From assembly GCA_044356215.1 (NCBI GenBank), contig JBIKWQ010000002.1, positions 1 through 64,000 on the forward strand: a DNA stretch of 64,000 bases, in the 5' to 3' direction. The stretch comes from Bdellovibrionota bacterium (GTDB lineage: Bacteria > Bdellovibrionota_C > UBA2361 > OMII01). The position numbers and the translations under genes were made by a program. This document shows, piece by piece, positions 8,870-18,814 of this stretch; positions within the stretch are counted from its first letter, which is position 1, and each line of letters starts with the position of its first letter. Under the pieces are notes generated by a model. It was not told the DNA's origin, searched no databases, and saw only the letters and a program-made list of their open reading frames with translations.

Positions 8870-9029
8870 GATGGGGTTAAAACTAGCATAAAGATGAAGA
8901 GGAGGAGAAGGAGTGGAAAAGAAGGTATGAGATTATAAATAGCTCACTCACCAGACTTATTGTAATCTTAGGCCGTCCGATTTGGGGACTTTAAGTAAGT
9001 TCCCTAAACCATCTTACAGGAGAAAAAAT

Positions 9030-9656
9030 ATGAATATAAAACAGGCACTTTTTTTAGCGGGGTTCGTTGCCCTCAGTTTCGCTGGTGCTCAAGCCGCTTT
9101 CGCGGAAGGTGAGAAGCGCGTTGAGATCTCGCCTACTGAGAGCTCGATTACATGGGTAGGGCGTAAAGTTACCGGCTCTCACTCTGGAACCGTGCCTCTA
9201 AAGAGCGGAGAGGTTTTAGTTGAGGGGAACTCGATTAAATCAGGAACCTTCGGAATCGATCTCGCTGGGGTTCTGGTAACAGATATCACCGACGCTAAAA
9301 ACAACGCTAAGCTAGTAGGCCACCTAAAGTCGCCTGATTTCTTTTCAGCCGATCTCTTCCCTACAGTACAGTTCACTATTGATAGCGCGACTCCGCTGGA
9401 GAAAGCTCTTCCAACAGGCGAGAACACAACTATAAAGGGCACCTTGGCTATCAAAGGTATCTCAAAATCAATCGAGTTCCCAGCACAGGTTGGAGTAAAA
9501 GATGGAGTAGCTGAGGCGCGCGGAAAAGCCAAGCTTGATCGCACCCAGTGGGATATTCGCTACGGCTCCGGAAAATTCTTTCAAGGATTAGGTGATAAGT
9601 TAATCTACGATGAGTTCGAGGTGGATTTTAACTTGAAGGGTAAGTTGGTAGGGTAG
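9030..9656 (+). CDS. YceI-family periplasmic lipid-binding protein
   Basis: Signal peptide, WVGRKVTGSHSG, HLKSPDFF, DRTQWDIRYGS; AGGAG RBS before ATG 9030. Confidence 0.88.
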   Translation: MNIKQALFLAGFVALSFAGAQAAFAEGEKRVEISPTESSITWVGRKVTGSHSGTVPLKSGEVLVEGNSIKSGTFGIDLAGVLVTDITDAKNNAKLVGHLKSPDFFSADLFPTVQFTIDSATPLEKALPTGENTTIKGTLAIKGISKSIEFPAQVGVKDGVAEARGKAKLDRTQWDIRYGSGKFFQGLGDKLIYDEFEVDFNLKGKLVG

Positions 9657-9665
9657 TTAATAATG

Positions 9666-9690
9666 CCCGCGGACCTAAGTGGTCCGCGGG
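9666..9690. terminator. GC-rich hairpin after yceI
   Basis: CCCGCGGACC-TAAGT-GGTCCGCGGG, a perfect 10-bp stem with no U tract. Confidence 0.5.
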
Positions 9691-9712
9691 TCCACCAACA
9701 CACCTCAAAGCC

Positions 9713-9966
9713 TAGGGAAGGCCGGCAAAACCTACCCGTAACGAGAAAGTGGAGGTTAAGTTGATATTCGATTTTCGAGGTGGGAAAAAACCGCACCGGA
9801 CTACGCCAAGGCTACGTCTGGTCCGACAAAAGCCTCGTCGGCCGTAGCTTTAGCGAAGGCCGAGGTGTATCCCCTGTGATACATTGAGGATTTTTTCCCA
9901 TCTCGAAAACTCGAAGAGCAGCTCAAGATCCGCTTTCGCAGTAGGGGGGGGTGCCGGCCTTCCCTA
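9713..9966 (-). mobile_element. Palindromic MITE-like element, copy 2 (reverse orientation, nested insert ~9796-9863)
   Basis: Reverse complement aligns end to end with 2799-3056. Confidence 0.9.
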
Positions 9967-10296
9967 GTATTCTTTATCGATCTCATCCTCAGAAACCGTC
10001 TCACCATTTATCGCCCTCCGTAAGAGCTGGCTCGGTTTAAACTTAACCACACGACGTGCTCGAAGGGTAATTGTTTCGCGGGTCTGAGGATTGCGTCCAC
10101 GTCGTGGCGGCTTAGGCTTAGCCTCATAGCATCCAAATCCGGAAAGCATCACCTTCGAGTCCTTGTCGAGGGCGTCTTTGATGATCTCGATATAGTCCTC
10201 GATGATGTCAGCAGCTTTCTGTTTATCTACGTCGATAGTCGCGTAAATCGCGTCAGCAAGGTCAGCTTTAGTCAAACAGTAGCGAGGTTTACCCAT
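9964..10296 (-). CDS. Integration host factor alpha-like / HU-family DNA-binding protein
   Basis: LTKADL, LSGFG, RRGRNPQT, ARRVVKFKPS. Confidence 0.9.
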   Translation of the reverse strand: MGKPRYCLTKADLADAIYATIDVDKQKAADIIEDYIEIIKDALDKDSKVMLSGFGCYEAKPKPPRRGRNPQTRETITLRARRVVKFKPSQLLRRAINGETVSEDEIDKEY

Positions 10297-10626
10297 GATG
10301 GTTCTCCAAAATCGGGACTCTTTCGATCCAATTAACTTACTTTCTTAACAACGACAAGTGGTTACATTAATCGGCTAATATCTATCAAGCGCAAATTCTC
10401 TCAGAAAGCTTTAATCAAACAGATAATTCATGAGAAATCAGCTACTTATATAGACCTAATTCTGACTAAATAAACAAACGCTGATTTGAAAGTGCGCCGA
10501 TAAACTCAGTAATTACTGCTGCTTATCGTCATTCACTTTGTAAGACGCCCGAAGTAGGTTGAAAGGATTCAAATAATTCCGGCAGTTACCCACAAAAAAA
10601 CACCCTAGAAAAAGCACGGTCCTGGT

Positions 10627-13600
10627 TTAGGGTGCCGTGGAGTCGCTGCTATCTGGTAGGGGGCTAAATAGCTGCTCTAGATCAGATTTAGTCAGTTTAA
10701 CCGTTGAGAGCCCGTTTTCGTTGATCAGGGCGTCTACTATCTTCGATTTCTTATCCTTTAGAGCCATTATCTTCTGCTCTACTGATTCCTCGGTCACTAG
10801 TCGGTAAACTGACACGGTCTTGCTCTGGCCGATACGGTGAGCTCGGTCTACCGCCTGGCTCTCAACAGCCGGGTTCCACCACGGATCGTAGATTATTACA
10901 GTATCCGCTGCCATCAGGTTGAGACCAGAACCTCCGGCTTTTAGACTGATGAGAAAGAGTCTGACCGACTCGTCTTGAGAGAAGCGGTCAATTAGATCCT
11001 GCCTATTTCGTGTGGTGCCATCTAAGTAAAGATACTCTTTGCTTTGTTCATCTAACCATGAGCGGATGATTCCAAGCATTCCACGGAACTGACTGAAGAG
11101 AAGTATCTTGCGTCCTGATTCAAGAGCCTCTGTTAGTAGATCTTTAAGCAGATTGAATTTTCCGGAATCAAAGCCGGGTAATTCAGAGAAGGCGTCGATC
11201 GAATTAGGGTGATTGCACACCTGTCTGAGTCGAAGTAGCGCAGCCAGGATTGAAACGCTCGCTCCGGGAATCCCCTTTTTCTTGATCGCGTCGAATACCT
11301 TCGGGCGCACTTCATTAAGGATCTGAGTGTAGAGGTGCTTCTGACTAGCTGTCATCTCGACATGAAGAACTGACTCTATCTTAGGCGGCAACTCCTTCTC
11401 TACGTCAGCTTTCAGTCTTCGCAGAATGAACGGCCTGGTTTTCGCGTTTAGGGTCTGGGCTACCTGAACTTCTGTTCCCCCATCTAATATCGGGCGCTCG
11501 ATGTTGTTACGAAAGAATTCATGAGAGCCGAGATATCCCGGCATCAGGAAGTCCATAATCGACCAGAGCTCCATAGGCCGATTCTCCGTCGGGGTTCCCG
11601 TGAGGGCCAACCTTCGCTCAGAGCGCAGCGCCTTAGCCGCTTTGGTCGTTGATGTCGTTGGATTCTTAATATTCTGAGCCTCGTCCAAGACTAGATACGA
11701 GAACTCGTGTCGTTCTAGGTCGTAACGATCGAGCCTAAGGAGTGCATAAGAGGTGAGGACAAAATCATAGTCAGGTATCTTATCGAAATTTGATTTGCGG
11801 CCCGGGCCGTGAAGCATCAGCACCTTAGCGCCCGGTGTAAATTTACGGATCTCATAACTCCAGTTGGTGATTACAGAAGTTGGTGCCACGATCAAGATCG
11901 GTTTGCGCGTGGATTTCTTGGCGGTTTTGCGATCTTTTAAAGCTTGGAAAAAAGCTAGGGCCTGCACCGTTTTTCCAAGTCCCATCTCATCAGCTAGGAT
12001 TCCACCTAGCTCGAACTCATGAAGAAAATTTAGCCAACTGATTCCTTCTTCCTGATAGCTACGCAGCTTTCCAGAGAATCCTTTGGTCGCCTTTAGCGGC
12101 TCGATCTCAGAGAACGACGACAACTTCGCGCTCAAGGCGAGCAGTTTTTTATCGAGAGATATGTCGAAACCTGGTCCATGTACCCGGCTTAGGCTGATCG
12201 CCTGAGCTAGAGTAAGCTGAGTCTTGATAGTATTACTGACCCTGCAGTTTGGGTCGACCATCCCTAGGATCGTTTTAAGTTGACCGATACTGCCTCCAGG
12301 AACGCGCGCGAAAGCGCCGCTATCAAGACGTGTCCATCGGTCGCTATCGTGCCGCGCGTTTTTAAATACCGAAGATAGGGGTAGATTCGCGTTGTTCTGG
12401 ATCACCGAGATGTGGCAATCAAACCAATCAATAGCTCCCTTGGGTCTGTCAATCGCGGAATCAATTCCCTTCTTCTTAGAGGCGCTCGCTAACGATACCG
12501 CCACATTTAGCTCGGCGAATTTAACTCCTTTGCGGATCGGCTCAAGGTTATTTATCTTCCACGGCTTTTTGAGCTCCTGATATTTGCCGTTAACAAAGTC
12601 TAGTGCGGCGTCACTACTGATCAGATAGCGGCGCTTCTCCGCCAGACCGGCGAAGCCAAGGTCGGTTAAATTTGTCGAGCAGGCGCTCTCATAATCACGG
12701 TCTCTTAGGTAGATCACGTTCGATCCCGCTGGTGGCCTTGGATATTCAAAGTCGATCGTCGCGACAAGTTCGAATTGACGTGTTGAGGCGAAGTGATCTG
12801 ATGGTGTGTCACGTCGCTCTAGGAGTAAAACTGGGGTGGGGGTTTTTACCTCAACTCTTGGTTGTTCGGCGGCGTTTAAGATCTTAATCCAATCACCTTC
12901 CTCACCCTCAAGCTCGTGCAGTATCTCAAGGATCGGCCCAGTCTGCCCGCGCGGAATTGTTATAGAGTGAGATGTGCCGAAGATTGAGGCTACTCTGGCG
13001 GCCTGCGGGGTTAGCCGATGAATCGTATTCTTAATCATCGTCCAGAAGGGGCCGGTGCCGAAGATCTCCTGTGAGCGGTCGCATTCGTGCTGATTGCCCA
13101 ACGGATCGGTTGGTAGCCAACGCATCGATAATTCCAATGCCTCATCGCTCCAATTCAGAATGAGTTTGGCGTTCACTACTGTATGGCTAACTTTTACTGG
13201 CTGTAAGTCAGCTACTGATAGTACGTTTTCGTACTCCTCTATCAGACCCAGAACCAGCTCAATGCCGCGGCTTGAGTTGATGTACCAATAACGCGAACGA
13301 TCATCCCAGGAGCCTTCATCGTCAAGAACCTGCAAGAGTATATTGTCTAAGGCCCTGCTGGATACGGATCGAAATCCCTCAAAAATAGCGGGTTCTTGCT
13401 CCTGATCGTCAAAAGCTACCCGTATGCCAAGGCGGTCACTAGATAAATCCACTAGAATTGAGACATTCGGACTAAGAGTTGTTGTCCCCGTGTTGGCCGT
13501 CGTTTCGGTATTATTTTGAGAGTAATTCAGTTGAGAGATCTCACGAATGGTGAGAGCTACATCAGCAGGAGAGCTCGGCGAGATCCTAAAGGTAGATTCT

Positions 13601-13938
13601 CGTTCGCTAAAACCGGCTCGAGCGTCGAAGAAATCGAGCTCCGCGGCGCGGTAAAGCACGGCAACGGCGTGATGACACCACTGCTCTTGCATATCTGAAG
13701 TCGAGCAGCAGGTGCATGTGGCGTCAATTTCGTGCGCCGATAATACAGTTAGAGTAACCGAGTGGGTATTTATCTCATCATCGCGAACGATTCCAGTTAT
13801 TGTGTGGCCGGATCCACTACATTCAGCGACGTAATTTTGGATCGCCAGATTTATCCCGCGTTCTACGATCGAGAACGGAGCGACCCTTTTAAGGTGAGTT
13901 AGGATCTTCGATTTTGCTGGGGCTTGGGCACTGATCAT
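10627..13938 (-). CDS. SWIM zinc-finger + SNF2-family helicase/ATPase
   Basis: CTC...CHH SWIM motif; LADEMGLGKT, DEAQ, TGTP, QAVDRAHRIGQ. Confidence 0.92.
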   Translation of the reverse strand: MISAQAPAKSKILTHLKRVAPFSIVERGINLAIQNYVAECSGSGHTITGIVRDDEINTHSVTLTVLSAHEIDATCTCCSTSDMQEQWCHHAVAVLYRAAELDFFDARAGFSERESTFRISPSSPADVALTIREISQLNYSQNNTETTANTGTTTLSPNVSILVDLSSDRLGIRVAFDDQEQEPAIFEGFRSVSSRALDNILLQVLDDEGSWDDRSRYWYINSSRGIELVLGLIEEYENVLSVADLQPVKVSHTVVNAKLILNWSDEALELSMRWLPTDPLGNQHECDRSQEIFGTGPFWTMIKNTIHRLTPQAARVASIFGTSHSITIPRGQTGPILEILHELEGEEGDWIKILNAAEQPRVEVKTPTPVLLLERRDTPSDHFASTRQFELVATIDFEYPRPPAGSNVIYLRDRDYESACSTNLTDLGFAGLAEKRRYLISSDAALDFVNGKYQELKKPWKINNLEPIRKGVKFAELNVAVSLASASKKKGIDSAIDRPKGAIDWFDCHISVIQNNANLPLSSVFKNARHDSDRWTRLDSGAFARVPGGSIGQLKTILGMVDPNCRVSNTIKTQLTLAQAISLSRVHGPGFDISLDKKLLALSAKLSSFSEIEPLKATKGFSGKLRSYQEEGISWLNFLHEFELGGILADEMGLGKTVQALAFFQALKDRKTAKKSTRKPILIVAPTSVITNWSYEIRKFTPGAKVLMLHGPGRKSNFDKIPDYDFVLTSYALLRLDRYDLERHEFSYLVLDEAQNIKNPTTSTTKAAKALRSERRLALTGTPTENRPMELWSIMDFLMPGYLGSHEFFRNNIERPILDGGTEVQVAQTLNAKTRPFILRRLKADVEKELPPKIESVLHVEMTASQKHLYTQILNEVRPKVFDAIKKKGIPGASVSILAALLRLRQVCNHPNSIDAFSELPGFDSGKFNLLKDLLTEALESGRKILLFSQFRGMLGIIRSWLDEQSKEYLYLDGTTRNRQDLIDRFSQDESVRLFLISLKAGGSGLNLMAADTVIIYDPWWNPAVESQAVDRAHRIGQSKTVSVYRLVTEESVEQKIMALKDKKSKIVDALINENGLSTVKLTKSDLEQLFSPLPDSSDSTAP

Positions 13939-14014
13939 CCGGCAATTATGGCATAAATCGATACTCTTTGGCAGGGGTCTTCCGTTTATCCGCGTTGCGC
14001 TATACGATGGCGCC

Positions 14015-15244
14015 ATGGCTAAACAGTTTTCATTCCCTCCAGAGAAGATAAAGGTGCTATTCCTCGAGGGTATCCATCCCGCCGCGGCGGATCGGATGCG
14101 GCAGTCTGGATATCAGACTGAGATGATAAAAGCGGCTTACAGCGAGGATGAGCTGTGTAAAGCGATCGGATCGGTTCATATCCTCGGTATTCGATCGAAA
14201 ACCAGTGTAACTGGCCGAGTTTTAGAGCACGCCAAGAGCCTGCTAGCTGTGGGCTGTTTCTGTATCGGTACCGACCAGGTTGATCTTGATGAGGCTCGTC
14301 GCCGGGGTGTGCCGGTTTTTAACGCCCCCTTTAGTAACACCCGTAGCGTCGCGGAGTTAGCGATAGCTGAGATGATCATGCTAGCGCGCCAAGCTGCCCA
14401 CAAAAGTCAGCTGCTCCATGCTGGAGTTTGGGAGAAGTCCGCGGACGGCTGCTGTGAGGTGCGCAACAAAACGGTGGGAATCGTGGGCTACGGACACATC
14501 GGACCTCAGGTAGGCTTGCTGGCCGAAGCTTTTGGTATGAAGGTTTACTATTTCGATGTGGTGGGAAAGCTTCCTCTTGGCAACGCCACTCCGGTAGGCT
14601 CTCTTAAGGAGCTTCTAAATCTCTCTGACTTTGTGACCTTGCACGTTCCCGATACCGCTGAGACGCGGTCGATGATCAGCCGCGCGGAGATCGAGCAGAT
14701 GAAGGCCGGATCTTTCCTGCTTAATTTAAGTCGTGGCCGGGTCGTTGATTTAGATGCTGTGAAGGAGGCGCTAGTTAGTAAGAAGCTGGCGGGCGCCGCG
14801 ATCGATGTTTTTCCAGAGGAGCCTAAATCGAATGAGGATCCGTTCTCGTCCCCGTTATGTGGGTTGAACAATGTAATCCTAACTCCGCATATCGGAGGAA
14901 GTACGATAGAAGCGCAGCGGAATATCGGGATAGAGGTGGCTTCAACATTCGTTAAATACATAGAGACTGGTAGCACAACAGGGGCGGTTAACTTTCCGCA
15001 GGTTGAATTGCCGGTTGTGAAGGATTCTCACAGGATTCTGAATATCCATCGCAATGTTCCCGGGGTTCTTAGTTCGATAAATCAGATTATCGCCAGCATG
15101 GGAGCTAACATCAGAGCTCAGTATCTCGAGACCAGGGGCGATGTGGGATATCTTATTATTGATGTGGATAGTGACATTTCAGCGGCTGTAAAGAGCTCTA
15201 TAGACGAGCTTGATACAAGCATAAAAACCAGGATGTTGTTTTAA
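14015..15244 (+). CDS. serA: D-3-phosphoglycerate dehydrogenase with ACT domain
   Basis: GCFCIGT, NAPFSNTRSVAE, GYGHIG, TPHIGGST, HRNVPG. Confidence 0.95.
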   Translation: MAKQFSFPPEKIKVLFLEGIHPAAADRMRQSGYQTEMIKAAYSEDELCKAIGSVHILGIRSKTSVTGRVLEHAKSLLAVGCFCIGTDQVDLDEARRRGVPVFNAPFSNTRSVAELAIAEMIMLARQAAHKSQLLHAGVWEKSADGCCEVRNKTVGIVGYGHIGPQVGLLAEAFGMKVYYFDVVGKLPLGNATPVGSLKELLNLSDFVTLHVPDTAETRSMISRAEIEQMKAGSFLLNLSRGRVVDLDAVKEALVSKKLAGAAIDVFPEEPKSNEDPFSSPLCGLNNVILTPHIGGSTIEAQRNIGIEVASTFVKYIETGSTTGAVNFPQVELPVVKDSHRILNIHRNVPGVLSSINQIIASMGANIRAQYLETRGDVGYLIIDVDSDISAAVKSSIDELDTSIKTRMLF

Positions 15245-15255
15245 TCTAAAGATAA

Positions 15256-16599
15256 ATGACGGCGGCTATTGTAGGTGGAGGTATCTCGGGGCTGGTGGCC
15301 GCCTATGAGCTGGTAAAGGCTGGCGAGCGACCATTTCTAATTGAGTCGGGTCAGCTTGGCGGAATGATTAGCTCCGCTGAGTTGGATGGTTTCACCCTTG
15401 AGCATGGCCCAAATGTGTTGGTGGAGCGCCCCGACCTAAAGCAACTACTCTCTGAGCTGGGACTAGCCTCTCAGGCTGCTTATCCAAGTGTAAATCCTTA
15501 CGGACAGTACGTGTGGTATCGAGGTAGCGCGGTAAAGGTTCCCGCCGGTTTGTTAGAGTTTATTCGAAGTCCTCTCTTTGAGCTCAGCGCGAAACTTCTC
15601 TTGCCTCTCAAAGCTATAATCCCTGGAGTTTTATCAACAGGACCCGATAACGATCGCTCCGTTGCGGATTTTTTTAGTCCACTAATCGGGGAGCGCGGGG
15701 TAAATCATCTCTTAGATCCGGTGCTGAAGGGGATCTATGGAGGAGATGTAACGAGATTGAGCGCACGTTCGCTGTTTTCAGGGCTGTGGAGTGTCGCTGA
15801 AAACAGCGCGTCTCTGTTGGGGTACATGCGAGCGCGCAAGTCAGGAGGAAAACCTCCGATACTCGTGATGCGCGGCGGGATGCGTGGAATAGCTGATGCT
15901 CTTTGGCGCGAGATTGGGCCTCATGTCGAGTTAATCACATCGCAAGCGCAAAGAATCAATCCCGCCGATGGGAACCGCTTCAAGATATCGTTAGTGGGAG
16001 GAAGACAGATAGAGTCTGATGGTGTCATCGTAACTGTAGCTGGGCCCCGTTTGGCCCCCCTCGTTCCAGGATTGAGTGAGGATTTAGCTGACGCGCTGAT
16101 TAACGTCAGATACGCGACTCTGGCGGTCGCTCATCTACATGTGCCGCGCTCTGAGCCTCTAATTCCGGCCGCGTTTGGAGTCCTCTTCCCCGGCGGCATG
16201 CCCGAAGACCTCTTAGGTGTGATGTTTAATTCTCTAATATTTCCTCATGTCGCTCCGCCTGATAAACACGTTCTAACAGTGGTGTTAGGTGGAGCTCAGG
16301 CCGGCGCGAAGGTGTTTGATGAAGCTAAACTAAGGTCGCGGATACCTGAACTACTAAAGGAGTTATTGAATATATCAAACGCCAAGTGGATCAGTATGAG
16401 ACAGTGGCCAGCGGCGATACCGCAGCTTGAAGTAGGGCATCATCGGCTGGTATCTAAACTCGATCAGTGCGAGCATGATTTCCCAGGGATCGTGTTTTCC
16501 GGAGTCGATCGGGGTGGAGTTGGTGTCTCTGATCGAATCAGGCTAGCGAAAGAGGCAGTCAAGAGATTTAGACGACTTAGAGTTGAAACCGTTGTGTGA
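15256..16599 (+). CDS. hemY: FAD-dependent protoporphyrinogen/coproporphyrinogen oxidase (HemY-type)
   Basis: GGGISGL, EHGPN, GIYGGD...LS, AIPQ; adjacent to ferrochelatase. Confidence 0.85.
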   Translation: MTAAIVGGGISGLVAAYELVKAGERPFLIESGQLGGMISSAELDGFTLEHGPNVLVERPDLKQLLSELGLASQAAYPSVNPYGQYVWYRGSAVKVPAGLLEFIRSPLFELSAKLLLPLKAIIPGVLSTGPDNDRSVADFFSPLIGERGVNHLLDPVLKGIYGGDVTRLSARSLFSGLWSVAENSASLLGYMRARKSGGKPPILVMRGGMRGIADALWREIGPHVELITSQAQRINPADGNRFKISLVGGRQIESDGVIVTVAGPRLAPLVPGLSEDLADALINVRYATLAVAHLHVPRSEPLIPAAFGVLFPGGMPEDLLGVMFNSLIFPHVAPPDKHVLTVVLGGAQAGAKVFDEAKLRSRIPELLKELLNISNAKWISMRQWPAAIPQLEVGHHRLVSKLDQCEHDFPGIVFSGVDRGGVGVSDRIRLAKEAVKRFRRLRVETVV

Positions 16600-16630
16600 C
16601 TTTCAGCTATTTTTTAGTAGGTATTTATAG

Positions 16631-17743
16631 ATGGATCTAAAAGCATGTGAGTTTGGTTGCCGTGGTTCTAAGGACAAGGTAGGAGTTCTCTTAGCGCAGC
16701 TAGGGACTCCGGACGCGCCCGAGCCTAGGGCCTTACGGCGTTATCTAAGGCAGTTTCTATCGGATCGTCGAGTGATCGAGGTTAATCGGGTGCTGTGGTG
16801 GGTTCTCCTTAACTGCGTAATTCTGGTAACACGACCGCGCCGGTCCGCTAGGCTTTACAAGAGGATCTGGGGGAAAGACGGATCGCCTCTGCTGACGATT
16901 ACAAAGAAGCAGGCAGATGGAGTGCGAGAGCGGCTGTCGCGGATCTCTCCTAACGTTGAAGTAGAGTTCGGTATGCGCTATGGAAAACCGAGCTTAGAAA
17001 GCGCTGTAGACGCGCTAATCGCTAAGGGCTGCTCAAAAATCCTGCTCTTTCCGATGTATCCGCAATATGCGGCGGCGACTAGCGCATCTACGTATGACGC
17101 GGTTCTCCCGCATATTTTGAAGCGTCGTTGGGTTCCCACGATAAGGGTCGCCGAGCCGTACTACCAGCACCCAAGATATATAGCCGCCCAAGCGGATGTA
17201 ATTAATCAGCATCTCGCCAAGCTGCCATGGAAACCTGAGTACCTTGTTCTCTCATATCACGGGGTGCCTGAAAAATATGTCACCAAGGGCGACCCGTATT
17301 GTTGCCAGTGTGTTGAGACGACGGCGGCGCTCAAGCCTAACTTATCTTTTTCAGCGGAGCGCGTAGTACATACCTTCCAATCGCGTTTTGGGAGGGATCC
17401 GTGGTTGACACCTTACACCGATGAAACATTTGAGGAGCTTGGGCACTCTGGAGTAAAGAGTATCGCCGTTGTGGCGCCTGGTTTTACAGCGGACTGTCTG
17501 GAAACCCTTGATGAGTTGGGCAACGAGGGACTTGAGCAATTTGAGGAGAGTGGGGGTAAGCAATATTCGGTCATTCCTTGCCTCAATGATCACCCTGTCT
17601 GGTTGGATAGTCTTAGCGCTATTATCAAAGAGGAGTTGGGAAGCTGGCTGGAGGGAGACGCCAGGAGACAACACGAGTGCGTGATTAAGTGTCCATTACG
17701 CGGGGAACCCCTCAAGTTTGATACTCTCAAAGATGTAGCTTAG
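16631..17743 (+). CDS. hemH: Ferrochelatase
   Basis: LGTP, FLSDRRV, SYHGVP, FQSRFG, FTADCLETL. Confidence 0.95.
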   Translation: MDLKACEFGCRGSKDKVGVLLAQLGTPDAPEPRALRRYLRQFLSDRRVIEVNRVLWWVLLNCVILVTRPRRSARLYKRIWGKDGSPLLTITKKQADGVRERLSRISPNVEVEFGMRYGKPSLESAVDALIAKGCSKILLFPMYPQYAAATSASTYDAVLPHILKRRWVPTIRVAEPYYQHPRYIAAQADVINQHLAKLPWKPEYLVLSYHGVPEKYVTKGDPYCCQCVETTAALKPNLSFSAERVVHTFQSRFGRDPWLTPYTDETFEELGHSGVKSIAVVAPGFTADCLETLDELGNEGLEQFEESGGKQYSVIPCLNDHPVWLDSLSAIIKEELGSWLEGDARRQHECVIKCPLRGEPLKFDTLKDVA

Positions 17744-17751
17744 GCGATCGT

Positions 17752-18759
17752 ATGAAAAAAGTGATTCAATTGGTGGTTGGATGCGCGGTTAGCGCTCTGA
17801 TGTTGTACATCGTTTTCGGTGATACTAATTTCGCTGAGCTAAAGAGTAGTTTCGATCGGATCGTTTGGTGGCCGGTAGTTCCGTTTATAGCGCTCTTTGT
17901 GGCGCACTATGTATTGAGGGCTATCCGATGGAGATATCTGCTGCCTGACCCTTCAGGCAAGAGCCCCTCACTTCGGGAGCTGTTTGATTCGATAATCTTG
18001 GGCAATCTGGCCTCCTGCCTATTGCCTTTTAGATTGGGTGAATTCATCAGGCCTCTTGTATTGACTCGTTGGACTGATTACAGCTTTGGCTCGGCCTTTA
18101 TATCAGTTGTGATTGAGCGCTTCTTTGATCTATCCACAGTTCTTATCTCATTTTTTTTCATAGTTCAGCTCCTGCCCGATCTGCCAGAGTGGTTACATTT
18201 GGCGGCGTATTCTCTTGGAGGAATGTCGTTGGCGTTGTTGCTGTTTCTGGTAGGTGGGTGCCTGTTCCCCAGCCTGATCAATCAAATGGTCGCGGTGTTT
18301 ACCCGTCCGCTGCCTGGCAAGATAGGCGGAGCTCTGCGGAAATTCGCCGCTGATCTGCTCGCTGGAGCGGCGGTAATAAAGACCCCATCAAGATTGTTAA
18401 TGATTCTAATTTTCACATCACTTGTCTGGTTAACCGCCTATCTGCAGTTCCAGGTGGTGCTGTGGATGTTCCCGTTCAACCAGTCATTTCTTTTAAGTGT
18501 GGCATTAGGCGTTTTTGTAGCGCTAGCCATAGCTTTACCTTCGGCTCCGGGTTTTGTTGGCGTTTTTCAGATAGGTTGTGTAGCCGCGGCTACTCTCTTC
18601 TCGTATCCTGAGGCCGACGCGAAGGTTTATTCATTAGTGGTTCACGGACTAACCTACCTAATGATGGTTATAATAGGCTTCTGGTTGCTGGCGATCCATG
18701 ACCTTAACCTTTTCGAGCTTAAGAAAGCCGCCGAGGGTGGTCGAAGATCTGAGCCTTAA
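17752..18759 (+). CDS. Lysylphosphatidylglycerol synthase TM-domain (flippase-like) protein
   Basis: RAIRW, LPFRLGEFIR, IERFFD, LPSAPGFVG. Confidence 0.85.
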   Translation: MKKVIQLVVGCAVSALMLYIVFGDTNFAELKSSFDRIVWWPVVPFIALFVAHYVLRAIRWRYLLPDPSGKSPSLRELFDSIILGNLASCLLPFRLGEFIRPLVLTRWTDYSFGSAFISVVIERFFDLSTVLISFFFIVQLLPDLPEWLHLAAYSLGGMSLALLLFLVGGCLFPSLINQMVAVFTRPLPGKIGGALRKFAADLLAGAAVIKTPSRLLMILIFTSLVWLTAYLQFQVVLWMFPFNQSFLLSVALGVFVALAIALPSAPGFVGVFQIGCVAAATLFSYPEADAKVYSLVVHGLTYLMMVIIGFWLLAIHDLNLFELKKAAEGGRRSEP

Positions 18760-18764
18760 CGAGA

Positions 18765-18800
18765 CGAAGCAAAAGCTCGCGTGCACAAGCTTTTGCCTCG
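18765..18800. terminator. Hairpin between convergent genes
   Basis: CGAAGCAAAAGCT...AGCTTTTGCCTCG. Confidence 0.5.
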
Positions 18801-18814
18801 CTTCCCTGGGTCAG

